DNA of 64,000 nucleotides from Halobacteriovoraceae bacterium (GTDB lineage Bacteria; Bdellovibrionota; Bacteriovoracia; Bacteriovoracales; Bacteriovoracaceae): NCBI GenBank assembly GCA_963719505.1, contig CAVRCF010000005.1, positions 256,001 to 320,000 of the forward strand, read 5' to 3'. Shown piece by piece: positions 57,924 to 64,000 of this stretch (position 1 is its first letter; each line of letters starts with the position of its first letter). The notes under the pieces were generated by a model. It saw only the letters and a program-made list of their open reading frames with translations, ran no database searches and was not told where the DNA came from. The position numbers and the translations under genes were made by a program.

Positions 57924-58298
57924 TTAATAATCTCGCATTTTCATCTGTTCATCCGGATGAAAGCAAAATCTATTTCCACGGGCCTCATTCGTTAATCTTT
58001 GTTGCTCTTTGGCGCAAAGCTCATTGGTTTTAAATTCGTTAAAAAATGCACAAGGAAGTCTTCTTTCTAGATCGAGAAGAGCTTCTTTTCGCTGGGTCTT
58101 GCACCGGTTGTATTCAAGTTTTTTCGTACAAACCCAGTGGTCAGTATTGCAGTCATAAACCAGATACTCTCCCCGCAAATAATAGGCATCTAGGGCAGGA
58201 TCTGAGTTATCAAAATCACTCCCCTGCGATCCGCTTTGAGCGTAGACATCGATGACGACACAGATACAGAGAATGAAAAATAATAAAACAAACCTCAT
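57924..58298 (-). CDS. Secreted Cys-rich hypothetical protein
   Basis: Signal peptide; six Cys in the mature part. Confidence 0.75.
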   Translation of the reverse strand: MRFVLLFFILCICVVIDVYAQSGSQGSDFDNSDPALDAYYLRGEYLVYDCNTDHWVCTKKLEYNRCKTQRKEALLDLERRLPCAFFNEFKTNELCAKEQQRLTNEARGNRFCFHPDEQMKMRDY

Positions 58299-58390
58299 AG
58301 ATTCCCATTTTTAGTTTAAAAAGATAACTTTACATGTTATTTTAATACCTTATCGGAACATTTAAAAAGAACTCAATAAAAAAGGCATAT

Positions 58391-60145
58391 ATGAGCGTTT
58401 TACTCCACAACTCAGTCAAATTAGAAATAGCAAAATCTATAAATAAAGCTATTAGTAAGGCTTATCCAGACTCAGAAGCGCTGACAGAGAAGTCAATTTA
58501 TGACGGCCTAACAACCGCGCCTAATTTTAAAATGGGTCATTTGGCTTTTGGCTGCTTTCCCCTAGCGAAAGCCCTGCGAGGAAATCCAGCCGCTATCGCC
58601 ACTGAGGTTCAAAAAAATATTGATTCTTCTGGTTTTATCGCCAGCACCCAAACAGCAGGACCCTATATCAATATCTTTTTAAAGACTGATGAGATTGCCA
58701 AAACTATTTTTTCACAGATTGAAAATGGATCGTTTTTTGAAAAAAAGATAACTGAAAATTCCCCCAAAACCATTATTGAATTCTCTCAACCAAATACCCA
58801 CAAAGAACTTCACGTGGGACATATGAGAAATCTGTGTTTGGGAGACGCTATTATTAAGCTCCACAGGTATTGTAACTACCCAACTCTATCCACTACCTTT
58901 CCAGGTGACGTTGGGACCCATGTAGCAAAATGTCTATGGTATTTTAAAAAGCATAACAAAGAAGAAGTTCCAGCGACTCGTAAAGGGGCTTGGCTTGGTA
59001 CACTCTACACTAAAGGAAATAATCTTTTAGAGGAACAAAAAGGCACTGATCACGAAGAAGAAAATAGAGCAGAGCTCACCGCGATTTTAAAGCAGCTTGA
59101 GGCTAAAAGTGGAGAGTATTACGATCTTTGGGTTGAGACTCGTCAGTGGTCGGTGGATCTTATGAATGAGGTTTACGCTTGGGCCGGTGTTACTTTTGAC
59201 TCTTGGTACTGGGAAAGTGATGTCGATAGTGAGTCAGTAAAACTGATTAAAAAATATCAAGACAGTGGTCTTTTTAAAGAGGATCAAGGAGCTGTGGGTA
59301 TAGATCTTTCTGAGGATAAACTGGGTTTTTGTATTCTTTTAAAGTCAGATGGAACAGGCCTCTATGCCACAAAAGATATTGAGCTTGCGAGACGAAAATT
59401 TGAAGATCACAAGGTTGAAAAAAGTATTTATGTTGTGGACAATAGACAGTCTCATCACTTTAAACAAGTCTTTAATGTTCTGGATAAAATGGGGTTTGAA
59501 AATGCAAAAAATTGCTTTCATCTCCAATATGAAATGGTTGAATTAAGTGACGGAGCGATGAGTTCGAGAAAGGGAAATATTGTGGCCTTGCAAAGTCTCA
59601 TCGAGAGCATGGTGGCAAAAATAAAAACTGACTATCTTGCAAAATACCGTGATGAATGGTCACAAGAAGAAATTGATCACACAGCAAAAATCGTTGCCAG
59701 TGGTGCCATAAAATATGGAATGACCAGAGTCGACTCCAATAAAAAAATAGTTTTCCAAATGGATGAATGGCTCAAGCTCGATGGAGAAAGTGGACCTTAT
59801 ATCCAGTACGTTCACGCCAGAATCCACTCAATGGTTGAAAAGTTAAAAGGTGATTATAAGTCTGACTACTCACAGCTATCAACTGATAATGAGAAACAAA
59901 TCATTATTAAACTTTCAGAATTTAACTCTGTCGTCGAATCAGCATGTGAAGAATATAAAACACATCTTTTAACTGGATATCTCTACGATCTATCAAAACT
60001 CTTTAATTCTTTTTACGCCGAGTCTCAAATTTCAAACGCTGAAGAAGGTATAAAGGGAGCGAGACTTGAGATGTGTGAATCAGTCTCTTTAGTTCTCAAA
60101 AAAGGTCTCGAACTTTTAGGGATAGAGGCGCCAAAGAGAATGTAA
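58391..60145 (+). CDS. argS: Arginine--tRNA ligase
   Basis: EFSQPN..K.LHVGH, MSSRKG and GPYIQYVHAR. Confidence 0.97.
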   Translation: MSVLLHNSVKLEIAKSINKAISKAYPDSEALTEKSIYDGLTTAPNFKMGHLAFGCFPLAKALRGNPAAIATEVQKNIDSSGFIASTQTAGPYINIFLKTDEIAKTIFSQIENGSFFEKKITENSPKTIIEFSQPNTHKELHVGHMRNLCLGDAIIKLHRYCNYPTLSTTFPGDVGTHVAKCLWYFKKHNKEEVPATRKGAWLGTLYTKGNNLLEEQKGTDHEEENRAELTAILKQLEAKSGEYYDLWVETRQWSVDLMNEVYAWAGVTFDSWYWESDVDSESVKLIKKYQDSGLFKEDQGAVGIDLSEDKLGFCILLKSDGTGLYATKDIELARRKFEDHKVEKSIYVVDNRQSHHFKQVFNVLDKMGFENAKNCFHLQYEMVELSDGAMSSRKGNIVALQSLIESMVAKIKTDYLAKYRDEWSQEEIDHTAKIVASGAIKYGMTRVDSNKKIVFQMDEWLKLDGESGPYIQYVHARIHSMVEKLKGDYKSDYSQLSTDNEKQIIIKLSEFNSVVESACEEYKTHLLTGYLYDLSKLFNSFYAESQISNAEEGIKGARLEMCESVSLVLKKGLELLGIEAPKRM

Positions 60146-60146
60146 G

Positions 60147-60830
60147 TTAGCCTTGAATAATAAGGTCTAGATGCATCTCTGAGATGGGCTTCATGGACTT
60201 TAGTCCAATTTTATAGGCACTCTTCACTCTTCCCTGACTCTTAAATCTAAAGCGCTGTGAGTACACCATCTCTACTTCATAACCTTCTTTAATAAAATGC
60301 CCTTGCAGTTTTGTGATCTCAAAAAATGAGCCCTCTTCAAAGTATTTTATATCCTTTTCAGAGATAACGATGCTCATACCACCTGAAGAGATATCAATAA
60401 CCTGAAATTGAAATTCTTGAGTGGCATCGATTAAGAGCTCAACATTGACCTTTAAAGACACACTCTTTCGATCGGACGGCTTAAATTTAATTCTGGCCTG
60501 CTCACGAAGCTCCAAAGCCTTTACTTCAACCGGCAAAGACAATGAGATATTTTCAGCGATTTGCGAGATGACTTCGACCTTAAAAACCGTCTCTTTAAAG
60601 CTAAATTTTGCGTAGGTAGGCTTTTTGGAATTATGCTTAAATGCAGAATAGTTTTTAACTTTGACTTGAAAGGTATTAAACCTCTCATTAACAGCTAAAT
60701 CCTCTATTTCAAAGATATAGCGTTTCTCTCCGTCATTTTGCCAAAGAAAAGCTTTTTTGTCCCCGTTTGACTGGTGAAGAATTTTCACGATTTCGTTGAA
60801 ATTTTTTGAGGTTCTGTAGTTTGAAAGCAT
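60147..60830 (-). CDS. PilZ-domain protein
   Basis: RxxxR (REQAR) and DxSxxG (DISSGG). Confidence 0.85.
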   Translation of the reverse strand: MLSNYRTSKNFNEIVKILHQSNGDKKAFLWQNDGEKRYIFEIEDLAVNERFNTFQVKVKNYSAFKHNSKKPTYAKFSFKETVFKVEVISQIAENISLSLPVEVKALELREQARIKFKPSDRKSVSLKVNVELLIDATQEFQFQVIDISSGGMSIVISEKDIKYFEEGSFFEITKLQGHFIKEGYEVEMVYSQRFRFKSQGRVKSAYKIGLKSMKPISEMHLDLIIQG

Positions 60831-60943
60831 AGTGAAATCTAATCAAAACACACATCTACGTCAAATAGAAAATTAGCTTAGGCCCTATACAGGATATTTA
60901 AAATAGGCTATATTTACCCTTAATTAGAAATGCGGTGTGTAAT

Positions 60944-61387
60944 ATGGTTAAAATCAATAAAAAGGTGGAGTACGCTTTAATAGTTCTAAAGCATATGACC
61001 ACGAAAAAAGAGGGTGAGCTTACTCAGGCCAGAGAAATCTGTGATCAGTACCACACACCTTTTGATACAACGGCTAAAGTCATGCAGCTGATGAATAACC
61101 GTGGTTTTTTCCACTCCCAAAAGGGTGTTAAAGGCGGCTATTCTCTGGCTGTTAAATTAAAAGATATCAATTACCTTCAACTTGTAGAGCTTATAGAAGG
61201 AAAAAGAGCGACCATGGATTGCACAGAAAATAAGTGCAGCCTTTTGAGCTCGTGCAATATAGTAAGTCCCATCAATAAATTAAATAAACATCTATGGTAT
61301 TTTTTCAAAGGTTTAACTCTTGACGAGCTTCTTGGCCAAGACTCCCTTGATCCAGTAGATAGAATATTCGAGGTAACAGGAACATGA
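60944..61387 (+). CDS. Rrf2-family transcriptional regulator
   Basis: KVEYAL, S.KG..GGY.L and three Cys; upstream of the suf genes. Confidence 0.9.
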   Translation: MVKINKKVEYALIVLKHMTTKKEGELTQAREICDQYHTPFDTTAKVMQLMNNRGFFHSQKGVKGGYSLAVKLKDINYLQLVELIEGKRATMDCTENKCSLLSSCNIVSPINKLNKHLWYFFKGLTLDELLGQDSLDPVDRIFEVTGT

Positions 61388-62817
61388 GCGATATCGAACA
61401 AAAAATGAATGAAGAATACAAATGGGGATTTGAATCCAATATCGAAATGGAAGAATTTCCCAAAGGTCTTAACGAAGACATTATCAGACTTATTTCTTCA
61501 AAGAAAAATGAACCTGATTGGCTTCTTGAGTCTCGTCTTAAAGCTTTTAAGCACTGGCAAACACTTAAGCATCCAAATTGGCAATACTTTAAGGTGCCTG
61601 AAATAGACTTTCAAGACCTCTACTACTACGCCAAACCTAAGACTAAAAATGCCATCGCAAGTTTAGAGGATCTAGATCCCGAGCTTTTAGCGACATTTGA
61701 AAAACTTGGAATCCCACTACAAGAACAAAAGCGTATCTCCGGTGTGGCCGTTGATGCCGTTTTTGATTCAGTAAGCCTTGGGACAACTTGGAAGGATGAT
61801 CTTCTCAAAGTTGGCGTTATCTTTTGCTCTATTTCTGAGGCCGTTGAAACTTATCCGGAGCTTGTAAAAAAGTACTTGGGAACAGTTGTCCCTCATACTG
61901 ATAACTACTATGCCGCTCTAAACTCTGCCGTGTTCACCGATGGCTCATTTGTCTTCATCCCAAAAGGTGTCACTTGCCCAATGGATCTCTCAACATATTT
62001 TAGAATAAATGCAAAAGAGACCGGTCAGTTTGAAAGAACATTAATCATCGCTGAAGAAGGCTCTTATGTGAACTACCTTGAAGGTTGTACAGCTCCACAA
62101 AGAGATGAGAACCAGCTGCATGCGGCTATCGTTGAGCTTGTCGCGCTAGATAATGCGGAGATTAAGTACTCCACTGTTCAAAACTGGTATGCCGGAGACA
62201 AAGAAGGCAAAGGCGGAATCTATAACTTTGTAACGAAAAGAGGAATATGTAGAGGGGTGAATTCTAAAATTTCTTGGACTCAAGTTGAAGCTGGAAGTGC
62301 GATCACGTGGAAATATCCAAGTTGTATTCTTATGGGAGATAACTCTGAGGGAGCTTTTTATTCAGTGGCCCTTACCAATAATAAAATGAAAGCTGATACG
62401 GGAACAAAAATGATCCATATTGGCAAAAATACTAAAAGTACAATCATCTCAAAAGGTATCTCGGCTGAACAGTCTCAAGGTATCTACAGAGGTGAAGTAA
62501 AAATCATGCCAAGTGCAACAGGAGCGAGAAACTACTCTCAATGCGACTCTATGCTCATTGGTGATCAGTGTGCCGCTAATACCTTTCCCTATATCGATGT
62601 TAAAAACTCTTCGGCCACTGTAGAGCACGAAGCTAGTACATCAAAGATATCAGCTGATCAGATGTTCTACTTGCAATCGAGAGGGATCGATGCAGAAAAA
62701 GCGATCTCACTTATTGTTAATGGATTTTGCAAAGATGTTTTTAAAACACTTCCACTGGAATTCTCAGTAGAAGCGGTAAAACTTATAGAAATGAAACTAG
62801 AAAACTCAGTTGGATAA
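61384..62817 (+). CDS. sufB: Fe-S cluster assembly protein SufB
   Basis: [30 protein letters not shown] and EHEA. Confidence 0.97.
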   Translation: MSDIEQKMNEEYKWGFESNIEMEEFPKGLNEDIIRLISSKKNEPDWLLESRLKAFKHWQTLKHPNWQYFKVPEIDFQDLYYYAKPKTKNAIASLEDLDPELLATFEKLGIPLQEQKRISGVAVDAVFDSVSLGTTWKDDLLKVGVIFCSISEAVETYPELVKKYLGTVVPHTDNYYAALNSAVFTDGSFVFIPKGVTCPMDLSTYFRINAKETGQFERTLIIAEEGSYVNYLEGCTAPQRDENQLHAAIVELVALDNAEIKYSTVQNWYAGDKEGKGGIYNFVTKRGICRGVNSKISWTQVEAGSAITWKYPSCILMGDNSEGAFYSVALTNNKMKADTGTKMIHIGKNTKSTIISKGISAEQSQGIYRGEVKIMPSATGARNYSQCDSMLIGDQCAANTFPYIDVKNSSATVEHEASTSKISADQMFYLQSRGIDAEKAISLIVNGFCKDVFKTLPLEFSVEAVKLIEMKLENSVG

Positions 62818-62835
62818 TAAAAATAGGATAAAAAA

Positions 62836-63606
62836 ATGTTACAAGTAAAAGACCTTTCAGCTTCAGTAGAAGCAAATGAAATTTTAAAAAAAATTAACTT
62901 CTCGGTTAAACCTGGCGAAATACACGCAATCATGGGCCCAAACGGTAGTGGTAAAAGTACACTTTCTAAAGTGATAGCAGGACATCCAGACTATGAAGTA
63001 AAAAATGGAAGTGTTCAGTTCAGCATCAACGGAAAAATGACTGATATTGGAGAGCTTGAACCAAGTGATAGAGCAAGAGAAGGTATCTTTTTAGGTTTTC
63101 AATATCCTGTTGAAATTCCGGGAGTGACAAATATTAATTTCATGCATGAATCTTTCAATGCCTTATGTGAACATCAAGGTGCGGACACAATGAACGAGAA
63201 AGATTTTAGAGAATATGTAAAATCAAAACTTCCTATTCTTGAGATGAGCGAAGCCTTTTTAGATAGACCAGTTAATGAGGGCTTCTCTGGTGGGGAGAAA
63301 AAGAAAAATGAAATTCTTCAAATGCTTATTCTCAATCCCAAGCTTGCTCTTTTAGATGAGACAGACTCTGGTCTTGATATCGATGCTCTTAAAACTGTTG
63401 CAAATGGTGTTAACACTTTAAAAAGTAAGTACAACTCTGTTGTCCTTGTCACCCATTACCAAAGACTTCTAGATTATATAAAGCCAGATTTTGTGCACGT
63501 TCTGTACAACGGTCAAATCATTAAAACGGGTGATAAATCATTGGCTTTAGAGCTTGAAGAAAAAGGCTACGACTGGCTAATAGAGGAGCACAATGCAAAC
63601 TCTTAA
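62836..63606 (+). CDS. sufC: Fe-S cluster assembly ATPase SufC
   Basis: GPNGSGKST, FSGGEKK, LDETDSGLD and THYQRLL. Confidence 0.97.
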   Translation: MLQVKDLSASVEANEILKKINFSVKPGEIHAIMGPNGSGKSTLSKVIAGHPDYEVKNGSVQFSINGKMTDIGELEPSDRAREGIFLGFQYPVEIPGVTNINFMHESFNALCEHQGADTMNEKDFREYVKSKLPILEMSEAFLDRPVNEGFSGGEKKKNEILQMLILNPKLALLDETDSGLDIDALKTVANGVNTLKSKYNSVVLVTHYQRLLDYIKPDFVHVLYNGQIIKTGDKSLALELEEKGYDWLIEEHNANS

Positions 63607-64000
63607 GGACTTTAAAGAAAATATTCCCAACAGAAGAGATGAAAGCTACAAATATACAAACTTCACAAAGGCCTTTGACCCCTTTGAGAGCTTTGACTTT
63701 AGCCAAAGTAGTTTTGACCTTGAAAGTATAAAAGTTGAAGGTGCCATAAACCTCTTTATTACCAGTGGTGAGTTTTCTGAATCATCAGAACCCTGTGATC
63801 TTAAATATTCTTCAAAAGTTGATAAAGATGTTCAAGCGCTGAATAAAAATGCTTTTACAAATGACTTCATTTTTAATCTTGGAAGCCTCAATACTATTGA
63901 GCATTCATTTGAATTAACTGACAACAGCGTTATTGAAAAACCGATCTTTCTTTTCCATGTCATAAGTAATAGTGATACTCACCTTTTTCACCAAAAGTGC
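63593..64000 (+). CDS. sufD: SufD, 3'-truncated by the window edge
   Basis: ATG at 63593 after GAGGAG; MQTLKDFKENIPNRRDESYKYTNF matches the SufD N-terminal P..+.E.wKYT motif; follows sufC. Confidence 0.8.
   Translation, partial: MQTLKDFKENIPNRRDESYKYTNFTKAFDPFESFDFSQSSFDLESIKVEGAINLFITSGEFSESSEPCDLKYSSKVDKDVQALNKNAFTNDFIFNLGSLNTIEHSFELTDNSVIEKPIFLFHVISNSDTHLFHQKC

Noticed and set aside
1-64000. tRNA or rRNA genes
   Set aside because: No cloverleaf/T-loop or rRNA-like segment was seen by eye in the short intergenic regions; tRNAscan-SE or Infernal would be needed to exclude them.

Overview
AT-rich bacterial chromosome segment. Gene content suggests a predatory Bdellovibrionota/Bacteriovoracia-like organism (inference from many small secreted hypothetical proteins, hydrolases, a histone-H1-like SWIB protein and sigma28-like promoters). 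Housekeeping blocks: methionine salvage (mtnBCD plus an MtnE-like aminotransferase), putA-proC-trmK, cytochrome c biogenesis system II, transaldolase, argS and rrf2-sufBCD. Main finding: two inverted, paralogous secreted-protein cassettes at about 6.9-12.4 kb (+) and 40.7-47.0 kb (-). They share a ~2.04-kb near-identical block covering the promoter and the first 596 codons of a PKD/Ig-like surface protein, then switch abruptly to divergent 3' halves. Each divergent half has a C-terminal 'G-x-D-x-D/N-x-D/N-G-V/I-R-D-D' domain, a lipoprotein made of the same domain, and a secreted SHSQG alpha/beta-hydrolase with an unrelated C-terminus. This looks like a polymorphic, Sec-exported lipase/partner (possibly effector/immunity) system. 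Other points: cassette 1 lies in an ~8.2-kb segment bounded by a 16-bp direct repeat; an intact IS481-family element with a 7-bp target duplication has inserted into a hairpin; a type IIA topoisomerase looks phage/eukaryote-like and carries Lys-rich tails; an ADP-ribosyltransferase has a signal peptide that seems to start at ATC; two secreted Cys-His-Asp enzymes are present; and three genes are frameshifted, possibly by assembly errors. No tRNA, rRNA or CRISPR array was seen. All family assignments are from motifs read by eye, with no database searches.
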